Positions 40,822 to 50,150 of a stretch of 64,000 nt of DNA are shown piece after piece. Origin of the DNA: an uncultured bacterium (GTDB lineage Bacteria > Bacillota_I > Bacilli_A > RFN20 > CAG-826). The position numbers were made by a program, and so were the translations under genes. A model generated the notes under the pieces. It saw only the letters and a list, made by a program, of their open reading frames with translations, did not search any database and had not been told where the DNA came from. The stretch's first letter is position 1; every line of letters starts with the position of its first letter. The stretch covers positions 12,457 through 76,456 of the forward strand of contig CASERQ010000004.1 of the NCBI GenBank assembly GCA_949290395.1, written 5' to 3'.

Positions 40822-42051
40822 ATGGAAAAAAATGTATTCTTAAAAAACGTTTATGGTTATAAAAAGATTAAAGATGAGTTGTTCTTAATTAGAAGTTGGT
40901 ATCTAGATGAAAAAATTAAGGAAGAAAAGAAAGAGTTTCTTCCTAAAGGTATCCTTTTCTATGGTGAACCAGGCAATGGCAAAACTTTATTATTAAGGGA
41001 ATATTCAAAAAGCTTTGGTTTTAAGGTGTTTGTATTTGAAGGAAAGGAGGAAAACTTAAACAAGAATTTAATTAGTATTTACGAGAACGCCAAAAAAGAA
41101 AAAAATGCAATTGTTGTTATTGATGAATTAGATAGGTTGGTTAAAAGAGATGATAAATTAGAAAGAATCCTACAAACCCAACTTGATGGTCTTAATAACG
41201 AAGGAACTGTCCTCACTTTAGCAAGTGCTAACGATTACGATGCCTTGCCAGATGCTTTATTAAGAGAAGGTCGATTTGATAGAAAATTCTGTATTGATGT
41301 CGAAGATAAAAAAGATAATAAAGAAATTTTAGAAAAGCTTTTAAAAGAAAGAGAATTTAATATTAATGAATATGAACTTGAAGAATTAAACCTGCAATTA
41401 TTTGGTGAACCCATCAGTAAAATCAAATCCCTCTTGAATAGCGTATGCTTTAGATATGGGAAAAGTGCAAGCATTGATGATTTCTTAAAGGAATATTCTT
41501 TTAACGAATCAGGACATATTCAAGATGATAACTTAAATGTACCGGATTATGTTGCTGTTCATGAAGCAGGACACGCTTTATATGCAAAATTATTCGCTAA
41601 AAGATTAATTTTCTTAAGAGTAAATTGTAATAAAGAAGGTGGGAAAACGCACTGCTCTAGTTATGATAATATTCAAGACAGCGTTTATTGCTATAATCGT
41701 ATCGAAACGTCTCTTGCAGGAATGGCAGCAGAAGAAATTATCTTCGGCAAGCATAATGTTGGATGTAACAATGATATGAAAAAAGCATACGAAATGTCTT
41801 ATACAATTATGAATAATTCTATGCTTAATGGGTTAGATTTCTACTCACCAGCCCTTTATACAATTAATAACGGTCCTTCTGAATATGAAATGATGAAACA
41901 TGGAATTAGAACAAGTAAATTTATTGAAAAAGAGTTTAAACTCGTTAAAAAAAGATTAAAAAAATATAAAAAAGAAATCTTATTAATCGCAAAAATTATT
42001 AAAGAAAAGAGATGTTTGACTAGAGACGACATTAAAAATGTATTAGATTAA
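40822..42051 (+). CDS. Soluble FtsH-like AAA+ ATPase / M41 zinc-metalloprotease fusion (no TM or periplasmic domain)
   Basis: Walker A GEPGNGKT, Walker B VVIDELD, AAA arginine finger LREGRFDRKF (cf. FtsH RPGRFDR), HEXXH HEAGHAL, FtsH-like LAGMAAEEIIFG. aaggag SD. Confidence 0.8.
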   Translation: MEKNVFLKNVYGYKKIKDELFLIRSWYLDEKIKEEKKEFLPKGILFYGEPGNGKTLLLREYSKSFGFKVFVFEGKEENLNKNLISIYENAKKEKNAIVVIDELDRLVKRDDKLERILQTQLDGLNNEGTVLTLASANDYDALPDALLREGRFDRKFCIDVEDKKDNKEILEKLLKEREFNINEYELEELNLQLFGEPISKIKSLLNSVCFRYGKSASIDDFLKEYSFNESGHIQDDNLNVPDYVAVHEAGHALYAKLFAKRLIFLRVNCNKEGGKTHCSSYDNIQDSVYCYNRIETSLAGMAAEEIIFGKHNVGCNNDMKKAYEMSYTIMNNSMLNGLDFYSPALYTINNGPSEYEMMKHGIRTSKFIEKEFKLVKKRLKKYKKEILLIAKIIKEKRCLTRDDIKNVLD

Positions 42052-42084
42052 TTCAAAATGAGAATAAAAAAGAAGGAGTTAAAT

Positions 42085-43536
42085 ATGACATACGATATCA
42101 CTCGACTAGTAGAATTCGTGTTAAAAAAGTATAGTGATTATTACCATCCAATGTATAAGTCAGATGTACATAAAAAGGTTAATGAGTTAATTCGATTAGA
42201 AGACCACGAAGCAAAAGATATCGATAGAAAAACTATTTATAGTGCTATTGAAAAGCTAAAGAACGGGCCAAAAGAAACTAAAATTGTTGATTGTGAAAAC
42301 AAAAGAAAAATTTATTTCGATAATTGGGAAAAACTTAATGACTTTATAATTCTCTTTAGTAAACTTGATCCTGAAAATAAACAAGGGGCTCTAGATTTAT
42401 TTAAGGATGAAATTAGCGAATACCAGTATAAGAATTTCCAAAATATCATCAATGAAAACTTTAATAAAAGTGGCGATATTTATAAAAGCAAAAGCCGAAT
42501 TCTTCGTGAAAATCAAAATAAAATTACAGATATTATTAAAGAAAGAAAATGTGCAAGAATTACCGATTTTAATGGAGACACAAAAAATATTATCCCTCGA
42601 GAAGTTTTATTAAATTCTGACGGCAATATTTGTGTTAAAGGAATCACATTTAACGATCAAAGAACTAGAGGAAAAGTAATGGCAATAGACTTTTCAAATA
42701 TTAGAGAAGTTGATGAGGTAAGTTTTTTTGACATCGAAGCTATTTGTGACAACGTATGTAGAAATGTGAATCCAGAGGATAAAAAGGAGATTAAAGAATA
42801 TTATTCAAAGATGAACTTCCTTTCAACAGATAACTTATTTACTGCTGATTCAATTGAAGATATTTTAAAGAATGAAGATTTAAAAATTTATGTTGAAGAT
42901 GAAGTCATGTATTATTCTTATTCAACCGACGAATTAGATTTTGATCTTTTTTTCGATTTTATGAATGAGAAATTGGGTGAATTCAAAAAGAATGATAAAT
43001 TACTTAATAAAATAAAAAAAGTCTTCTATTCATCATTATTTTTGCAAAATAATAAAGGTGACAATTGCTGGGAAGACAAAAAGAGTATTGCTGAAGATTT
43101 AAACGATCTTGCAAAGATTACAGAATACGACATCGTCTATTATTCAATTCTAAAAAAACTATATGTTGATGGGGATAAATATGAATGCGCGAAAGCAATA
43201 GAAGTAGATAAACTTATTAAACGTCCTAAGCAATATGTTTCTGATTATGATGAATTCGATACATTAGCTAGTGTTACATGTGCTAAAAGAAGGATTGACT
43301 GGGCCTTATTCTTGGTTCACCAAAACACCCATTTTCTTTGTTATAAAGGCTGCGACAAAAAAATATTTAAAAAATTAATTTTGCTGGTCGAAGAAAATTG
43401 TGAATTTAACTCTTACCTTATGACTATTCTTAAATCTGCTTTAGAGAAAGCGGGAATCGTTGTATTAAAGAATTCTCAAGCTGACAATTTAGAAGAAATT
43501 AAAAAAATGTATTTCAAATACTTTGATATTGAATAA
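42085..43536 (+). CDS. Hypothetical protein co-transcribed with the FtsH-like gene; N-terminal wHTH-like segment
   Basis: Begins 34 nt after the upstream stop with gaaggag SD. N-terminus RKTIYSAIEKL resembles the HTH of DeoR/WYL-type regulators; the rest has no recognised domain. Confidence 0.45.
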   Translation: MTYDITRLVEFVLKKYSDYYHPMYKSDVHKKVNELIRLEDHEAKDIDRKTIYSAIEKLKNGPKETKIVDCENKRKIYFDNWEKLNDFIILFSKLDPENKQGALDLFKDEISEYQYKNFQNIINENFNKSGDIYKSKSRILRENQNKITDIIKERKCARITDFNGDTKNIIPREVLLNSDGNICVKGITFNDQRTRGKVMAIDFSNIREVDEVSFFDIEAICDNVCRNVNPEDKKEIKEYYSKMNFLSTDNLFTADSIEDILKNEDLKIYVEDEVMYYSYSTDELDFDLFFDFMNEKLGEFKKNDKLLNKIKKVFYSSLFLQNNKGDNCWEDKKSIAEDLNDLAKITEYDIVYYSILKKLYVDGDKYECAKAIEVDKLIKRPKQYVSDYDEFDTLASVTCAKRRIDWALFLVHQNTHFLCYKGCDKKIFKKLILLVEENCEFNSYLMTILKSALEKAGIVVLKNSQADNLEEIKKMYFKYFDIE

Positions 43537-43820
43537 TTAGAATGGTAGAAATTGTCAACGTGTGAAGAACAAAACTTTAAAAAATTTGAGAAATTGTTTT
43601 TATTTCTTAAACTATTTCAGGAATTAAATCTTTAATAAAATCAGTAGTTTCATATGTGATAGGTAAAGATAGTAAGCCATTAAAAATTTGCTTATTCAGC
43701 ATTTTAGTCTAACTAATTCAAAATATAAATTGAACTTAGCTTATGCTATTTTAGAATCATAGTAAAATCCATGTTATTCATTAATTTATATTTAAGAATT
43801 ATGTATGAAAGGAGCATGTT

Positions 43821-44636
43821 ATGGAAAAAACAGATTTTATGAAACTTATAATAGATAATGTTTCAAATTTTAAAGGCAGCGTTGGAAAAAGGTACCTTTC
43901 ATGGGAATATTGTTATGAAGAATTTTATAAAGCGATAGAAGATGTAAAAAACGGGAAAAGCATTGATAATAATAGATATTTATATCTGAGTCTTCATTTA
44001 GCATTTTATCTTGCTTCCTGGGGCATGTATCGAGGATCTTCGTTTCTTTTGAAATTCGACTATAAAGTTCATTTACCAACAGTAAAATTGATTTTAAATG
44101 AAAAATATTCTTCATTGCTTTGTTTTAATCGGGACAAAACAGCCAAGAATTATAATCAAAATTTGGAACTGTTATTTGGGAAGGATGGCAATGAAGGTTT
44201 GGTGCAGGAAATTAAAGACATCTATCTAAAGTTAAAGTTAGAAGTAAAAAATTCTAAAAATAATAGCACAATAGTTAGTGTTAGCGATGAAACCGATGCT
44301 AAGGAAAATAGCGATGAATATGTATCTGAGATCTTAGTAAGTAAGATTTTATTGGGAACTTTAGGGTGTGTTCCTGCATACGATACTATGCTAAAAAGAG
44401 CTTTAAAATCAGCAAGAGATGATTATGGACTTAAAATTTGTTCTAAGTTCGGAAAAAAATCTATTGAAAGCATAGTTGGATTTTGTAATGACATGAAAAA
44501 GTTGCTTGATAATAGAGAAAAAATATTTTTAGAAAACAATGTTAAAATAGAATATCCACTGATGAAAATTTTAGATATGGGTCTTTGGGAAATTGGAAAA
44601 CAAGAGATTGACAAAGAAAAAGAGGGAACGAAATGA
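43821..44636 (+). CDS. Hypothetical protein (271 aa)
   Basis: aaaggag SD. No motif recognised. Confidence 0.45.
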   Translation: MEKTDFMKLIIDNVSNFKGSVGKRYLSWEYCYEEFYKAIEDVKNGKSIDNNRYLYLSLHLAFYLASWGMYRGSSFLLKFDYKVHLPTVKLILNEKYSSLLCFNRDKTAKNYNQNLELLFGKDGNEGLVQEIKDIYLKLKLEVKNSKNNSTIVSVSDETDAKENSDEYVSEILVSKILLGTLGCVPAYDTMLKRALKSARDDYGLKICSKFGKKSIESIVGFCNDMKKLLDNREKIFLENNVKIEYPLMKILDMGLWEIGKQEIDKEKEGTK

Positions 44637-44940
44637 AGAAGAAATACGTCAATTTTCGCACTTTTATTCGCATGCATTCCTTCTAACGTTTTGCTGAAAA
44701 TATAACAAAGCCTTTAAATTGATTTATTTAGTTAAATTGTAACTTTGCTTGTTAGAGCAATACTGGGTTCTTAGAAGAAAAATAAATAGGAGATGTTGTT
44801 GCCAAGGCTTTTAAAGTAATTTTAGGGCAGTTTAGATAAAATTAATTAATTTAAAATAAGGTACGTTAAAAGTAAAGTTAATCTCATAGAATAAAATAAT
44901 ATTTTGGGAAAAATTAAAACTTTTGATTGGAGTAAAGCTT

Positions 44941-45702
44941 ATGACACAAAAAGTAATTGTAGAAAATGTTGAAATGGAGAAGATATCAAAATTATTAGAG
45001 TTAAAGGAAGAGTACTTGTCCACCCTTGATGATAAAATATACAATAGTTTACTTGTATTAAGGAAATATTTAGAAGTCGATAAATCTTATAATGGTAAAT
45101 TTACGACCTTTAAATATAACAAGAATACGAAATTAATTATTGTTGGCACTATAACTCCGCCAGAAACTGATTTTTATTACTGTAAATATAGCAAGAAACC
45201 AAATTATAATACTTTGAATTATTTATTCGACTATTATAAAGACAAAGTCACTTTAATAGAGGATGAAAGATACAAAGAAGATATAAACAATTTAAAAAAG
45301 GATCTTGCAAACGATAAAAATAATAAAAATTATTATATCGACTTGTTAATAAATGCGCTTAATGATAGAGGGGTTTTATTCTTGGATGTAGTCAAAAAAG
45401 TTTTGAGACCTGCTTCCTCTAAAGATGCAGATTTTGTTTGCTTATCTTTGGATTGGGAAAGTTTTTTAGAACCTTTAAAAGATTTTTTTGCTAAGGATTC
45501 GTCGCTTAAGATTGTTACAAACAGCTTAGATGCTGAAGGTTATTTTAAAAAAATAATCAAAAAAGTGAATGTTAAAACAGGATCTAATTATAAATTTAAA
45601 GAAAATATGAAGAATTACAAACGTCTCACACAAATAACAAGGGGAGAAAAAATGAAAAACAAGAATAAAGAAGAACGGGGGGAATTATTAAGTAGCTTAT
45701 AA
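44941..45702 (+). CDS. Hypothetical protein (254 aa)
   Basis: Start at MTQKV (ggag SD). Lys/Asn-rich C-terminus. Confidence 0.4.
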   Translation: MTQKVIVENVEMEKISKLLELKEEYLSTLDDKIYNSLLVLRKYLEVDKSYNGKFTTFKYNKNTKLIIVGTITPPETDFYYCKYSKKPNYNTLNYLFDYYKDKVTLIEDERYKEDINNLKKDLANDKNNKNYYIDLLINALNDRGVLFLDVVKKVLRPASSKDADFVCLSLDWESFLEPLKDFFAKDSSLKIVTNSLDAEGYFKKIIKKVNVKTGSNYKFKENMKNYKRLTQITRGEKMKNKNKEERGELLSSL

Positions 45703-46070
45703 ATCTTTTTTAAAACTATTGCCGATTTCTTTCTTATTTTTCTTAATATAACTTTAAAAATAATCTATAGAAGTTATGCCTGAAAATTAAACAAATTAAA
45801 TTCGATGTATTATTAAAAATATATTGGTGGTTGCATCTTTTTATGTTTTTATAATTAAACAAATTAAGAGATATAATTTATAAATGATTAGTGAAGATTA
45901 ATCTAAATATTGGGAATGAAAATATTCCTGTTCCCGTCAAATCAATACCATAAGAGTGCACATAAAATTTGCATTATTTTCTTAATAATGTACATATATT
46001 AGAACATTTTGGGATGTTTTCAGTTTTTATTTTCCTAAAGCCTATAATGTATCATGCAGGAGGAAAATAG

Positions 46071-46697
46071 ATGATATTCAGCAGTGAAATTAAATTAAAA
46101 AGTTATATTGAAGTTCTTAAAAATGAACCTTTAAATGCGATTATTGAAGAATATAAAGGTTTTGTTAAACTCACAGATGTTGTTGATTTTTTTATAAAAA
46201 GAATAGCTTTTACATTTGCAAAAATTTCTAAAGAAATTAAAAACTATTATATTAAAGATAAGAATTTTAAAGAATTAGAAAAATATTCATATAATATATG
46301 TCACCGAGCTTATTTAAGACTAAATAATCTGGATTTAATCTTAAAAAATCAAAGTTTTGAAAAGTTGATTGAATTATATAAAGACTCTGTTATTAGTAAA
46401 GTTCCCGATTTATCAAACAAAGCAAGCATGTTGAAAGATATAAAAAGACTTTATAATGTTTATTTTGAACGTAATGGTAAATTTAGTGAACTTAAAGATA
46501 AAATATTTAGGGCTAAAGCCGTCTGTCTAGCTTGTTTAGAAAAATTTGGGGTAAAAATTCCTAATACAGAAGGACTTTTTATGCACGCTTTTGTCGCGGA
46601 TTATTTTTATGAAACAGAAGCTCTTAAAAAGGCTAACGCACTTGCAGAAGACTTTTATTTATTAGAATTATTTTCTATTTGCTCGAGTTTGAATTAG
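46071..46697 (+). CDS. Hypothetical protein (208 aa)
   Basis: caggagg SD and TATAAT box upstream. No motif recognised. Confidence 0.45.
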   Translation: MIFSSEIKLKSYIEVLKNEPLNAIIEEYKGFVKLTDVVDFFIKRIAFTFAKISKEIKNYYIKDKNFKELEKYSYNICHRAYLRLNNLDLILKNQSFEKLIELYKDSVISKVPDLSNKASMLKDIKRLYNVYFERNGKFSELKDKIFRAKAVCLACLEKFGVKIPNTEGLFMHAFVADYFYETEALKKANALAEDFYLLELFSICSSLN

Positions 46698-46715
46698 AAT
46701 TTGTGGAGGTTGTAG

Positions 46716-47429
46716 ATGCTTTATATTGATTATGTTATTAAAGAAAGATATATAAACGAAACATTTAAAAATATTACTAGAAATGAAGATGCTTTAGATA
46801 CATTGAATAAAGAGTCATTTAATTTGCGTGTTCAAAAAAATCTTTTAAACGAAGTATACCTCGATCTATTAGCGTTCTTAGATAAGTTATTAATTTCAGG
46901 CAGAAAATATAATGGTCCTGAAATTTATGATTATAAAGAAATATTAGAAGAATTTCTTAAAAATATCAAAATGAAAATTCATGAAACAAATACAAATCTT
47001 CATAAAGCAACTCATATTGAAGTTAGTTTATTTAATTGTGTTGATGTAAATGAAGATTTGATTATTTATAAAAGATTCATCAAATTCAATAAATTTCCTA
47101 AATATTTAAAGCAGAAAAATATAGATGATTATAAGTTGTTTCTATCTTGTGAATTTGATGATTGCTTTGGCGCAGGCGGACTACTTACTAAAATAAAAGG
47201 TGTAATTACTGATCTTAGCGATTATGTAGAGCTATTTGAACAACAAGTGATCGACAGCAAAAGTAAACTTGAAGAAGCATTAAGTAACTGCAAGTATTTC
47301 ACAAACGACCTTCCAGTGTTAACAAGAGGAAGCAGTTTTGAGATGCTTTATTCATTTTTACTCACGAAATTATTAAATGGATTAAAGAAAATATATAACG
47401 AAGGAGTTGGTTATGTGACTCTGAATTAA
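46716..47429 (+). CDS. Hypothetical protein (237 aa)
   Basis: gtggagg SD, 18 nt after the previous stop (co-transcribed pair). Confidence 0.45.
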   Translation: MLYIDYVIKERYINETFKNITRNEDALDTLNKESFNLRVQKNLLNEVYLDLLAFLDKLLISGRKYNGPEIYDYKEILEEFLKNIKMKIHETNTNLHKATHIEVSLFNCVDVNEDLIIYKRFIKFNKFPKYLKQKNIDDYKLFLSCEFDDCFGAGGLLTKIKGVITDLSDYVELFEQQVIDSKSKLEEALSNCKYFTNDLPVLTRGSSFEMLYSFLLTKLLNGLKKIYNEGVGYVTLN

Positions 47430-47542
47430 TTTTGCATTATTAAATAACTTTTAATGCGCTTTAAAATGAAAATATTTTTGAAGCAATATTTTGTTATTCA
47501 TGATTAATCTTTAATATGAAAATTGAAAGGTAATTAAATAGA

Positions 47543-48118
47543 TTGAATCAATTATTAAAAATTATAAAAGAAAGGAGTTTTATCATTAAAATAATTTTAT
47601 TGGATAGAAACTATATGATGGTTTTAGCACGGCAAAAATATTTTGAGAGTGAAAAAGAAGTTGAAATAGTTTGTGATGCAGTAGAACATTATTTATCAAA
47701 AAACTTTGTTGATGGAATCGTAACTCCGGGAAATTCTTATGGAATAATGACTGGCGGCTTTGATAAAGGTATTAGAAATTATTTTGGTTTGGCTTTAGAG
47801 AATAAAATCCAAAATTATATAGATTCAAATTTGCATTTTAAACAACAAGTTGGAACAAGTTTTATTATTGAAGGTGGCAAAAATAATATTAAAGTTATTC
47901 ATACACCTACAATGGAAGAACCTTCTGAAATTAAAGATTTAAACGTAATTTACCTTTCCACTATGTCTTCTTTAAAACTTGCAAAGAAAAACGATTTAAA
48001 TTCTGTAATTCTCCCTGCTTTTGGTGGAGCAACAGGGAAAGTAAATTTCTTTAAAGTTTCTGAATTAATGTATAAAGCTTTCAAAGATTTTAAGAAGCAA
48101 TCACTTAAATGCGTGTAA
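47543..48118 (+). CDS. Macro-domain-like protein (putative ADP-ribose binding/processing)
   Basis: VDGIVTPGNSYGIMTGGFDKGIRNYFG aligns to the macro core [27 protein letters not shown] (N-G-GG-D-G-I-G positions conserved). Start uncertain: TTG 47543 or ATG 47615. Confidence 0.45.
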   Translation: MNQLLKIIKERSFIIKIILLDRNYMMVLARQKYFESEKEVEIVCDAVEHYLSKNFVDGIVTPGNSYGIMTGGFDKGIRNYFGLALENKIQNYIDSNLHFKQQVGTSFIIEGGKNNIKVIHTPTMEEPSEIKDLNVIYLSTMSSLKLAKKNDLNSVILPAFGGATGKVNFFKVSELMYKAFKDFKKQSLKCV

Positions 48119-48184
48119 AAATAATTTAAAAGGGTTATATTGTATTGAAAGGTTATTGAGTAATTTTGATTAAAAAATTATATT

Positions 48185-49411
48185 ATGAGTAAATTTTCAA
48201 CAAGTGAAATTCATCGCATTGAACTTTTAATCACTATTTCTTATTTATTAAAATTTAGTGATTCAAAACATCCTGTTTCGCAACTTGATATTTGTCGTTA
48301 TGCTACAAATTTTGGTTTGAAGTTTGATGAAAATAATCTTGCTGGAAATGACATTAGAAGACAAAGAATTAAAGATGTTTTAGTTTTTCTTGAAGATCTT
48401 TCGAATAGAAATTTCATTGATTTTCCTTTTAAAGTTTTGTCTACGGATAAAGGAAAATATTATATAGAGAATAAGTTTCGTCTTTCAAAAGGGGATATTT
48501 TTAATGTTGTTTTATCTATTGAAAATAATAGGTACATCAAAGACGAAGTGTCGAAAGACTTAATTGATAAAATATTAAACATTTTATCTTCAAAATATGA
48601 AAAAATCGATTTTGAGGCTACATTAAAACAGGTAATTTCTCCAAAACGCAAGTGTTCGAATTATACAGCAGCATCCCTTAGTAAGTTGATGAATGCCATA
48701 AAAAAAGAGAGAATAGTTCAGCTAAGGCAATTAAAATATGAATATGATGAGATTAAAAAAGATTTCATTTTAAAAGACGTGAAAAAATGGTATCGAGTTT
48801 ATACAATTAAAGAATATAATGGCAAATTATATGCTTTGTTAATTGCTGTTGTTGATGGGGAAATCATTTTAGAGGACGTTAGATCTATCTACATTACAGG
48901 TCAAAAAAAGCGGACTTTTGCAGAAGATTTCGTTAAAAATAGAGATTTAAATCGTTTATTTATTGAAAATAACGTTAACGGAAAATCGATAGATGCTTAT
49001 ATAAAAGAAGCTAAAATGCCTTTAAATCCAAATACAAAGAAGATATCTTTCTCTTTTAAAGGATTGTATTTAAGAATGATAGAAACATCGTTTAGAGATT
49101 ATTTTTCTGAAACTTTAAATTTTGTAATTTGTAATGATTTTAAAATTGAAAATACGGGCAATGAGACAAGACTTATTAGTTTAGATTCTCAATCTTCGGA
49201 AAAACTGACGGAGAAATACATGTTATCTAAAATAATTGATGAGAACATTAACGTCATTGTCAATATTTCAATTAATATGGACGGCTTTACAAATTGGATA
49301 TTATCCAATCCATTGATACCGCAAATAATTACAGTTTATAATGGTCATATAAATAAAACTTTAGCTCAACATTTTCAAGCGTTAGCAAAGAAATACGAAA
49401 AATATCTATAG
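48185..49411 (+). CDS. Hypothetical protein with N-terminal HTH-like and central WYL-like beta-rich segment (putative regulator)
   Basis: N-terminus IHRIELLITISYLLKFSDSKHPVSQLDICRYATNFGL is HTH-like. KWYRVYTIKEYNGKLYALLIAVVDGEIILEDVRSIYI resembles the WYL core (WYL...RxFRLDRI). Confidence 0.35.
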   Translation: MSKFSTSEIHRIELLITISYLLKFSDSKHPVSQLDICRYATNFGLKFDENNLAGNDIRRQRIKDVLVFLEDLSNRNFIDFPFKVLSTDKGKYYIENKFRLSKGDIFNVVLSIENNRYIKDEVSKDLIDKILNILSSKYEKIDFEATLKQVISPKRKCSNYTAASLSKLMNAIKKERIVQLRQLKYEYDEIKKDFILKDVKKWYRVYTIKEYNGKLYALLIAVVDGEIILEDVRSIYITGQKKRTFAEDFVKNRDLNRLFIENNVNGKSIDAYIKEAKMPLNPNTKKISFSFKGLYLRMIETSFRDYFSETLNFVICNDFKIENTGNETRLISLDSQSSEKLTEKYMLSKIIDENINVIVNISINMDGFTNWILSNPLIPQIITVYNGHINKTLAQHFQALAKKYEKYL

Positions 49412-49816
49412 GCATAATTTTTGAGTTTATTTTTACTAAAAATTAGTATAAAAAGCGCCGACGTTGGTAGTCTTATATTCCCAAATGTGACGCTTTTTAT
49501 TTTATTTTTATCACTTACCTTTTTAACTAAAAAATGACTTAAGTTCAATTTGTGCTTTTTTATTTTTTGAATATTTTAGTTGCTACATCAAAAACACCAT
49601 CTAAATATTAATGGTTATATATTTAATTTTTGTTCACTTCTATGAACATTTTTGATTTTAAACGCAAATAAGTTCATTTAATAATTAAACTATCATCAAG
49701 GAGGAATGAATTGCAAATTGACTTAAATTTACATAAAAACTTTTAAATAACAAAAAACAACCAAAAATCAATTTTATGAAAGTTTTGCATGGTTTTCGTC
49801 TATTTATTTATAGAAA

Positions 49817-50110
49817 ATGAAATTGGAGTTTGAGATTAGTGATGATGATTACAAAATGCTGCAAAAGTATTTTTCTCTAAACGGAGAAACCTTAGAAAGC
49901 ATTATTCAAAGTAAAATCAAAGAAGGTCTAAAAAGTATAGAAACAATTAAAAAAGAGAATGAAAAAAATAAAGTTGCGATGAAAATTATAAAAAATATAA
50001 AAGAGAGGAGACTTGTAGATTTGAGTATTGTCAAAATACAAAAAATATATAATATAGGTTTTCCGCTTTCGGGAAAGATATATTTTTATCACAAGTTGTT
50101 CGTTGAATAG
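49817..50110 (+). CDS. Hypothetical small protein (97 aa) immediately upstream of the second FtsH-like gene
   Basis: ORF ends at the second FtsH-like gene, 38 nt before its start at 50151. No SD. Helical, K/E-rich. Confidence 0.35.
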   Translation: MKLEFEISDDDYKMLQKYFSLNGETLESIIQSKIKEGLKSIETIKKENEKNKVAMKIIKNIKERRLVDLSIVKIQKIYNIGFPLSGKIYFYHKLFVE

Positions 50111-50150
50111 TAAATATAGATTATTAAAAAAAGAAAGGAAATTTATAGAT

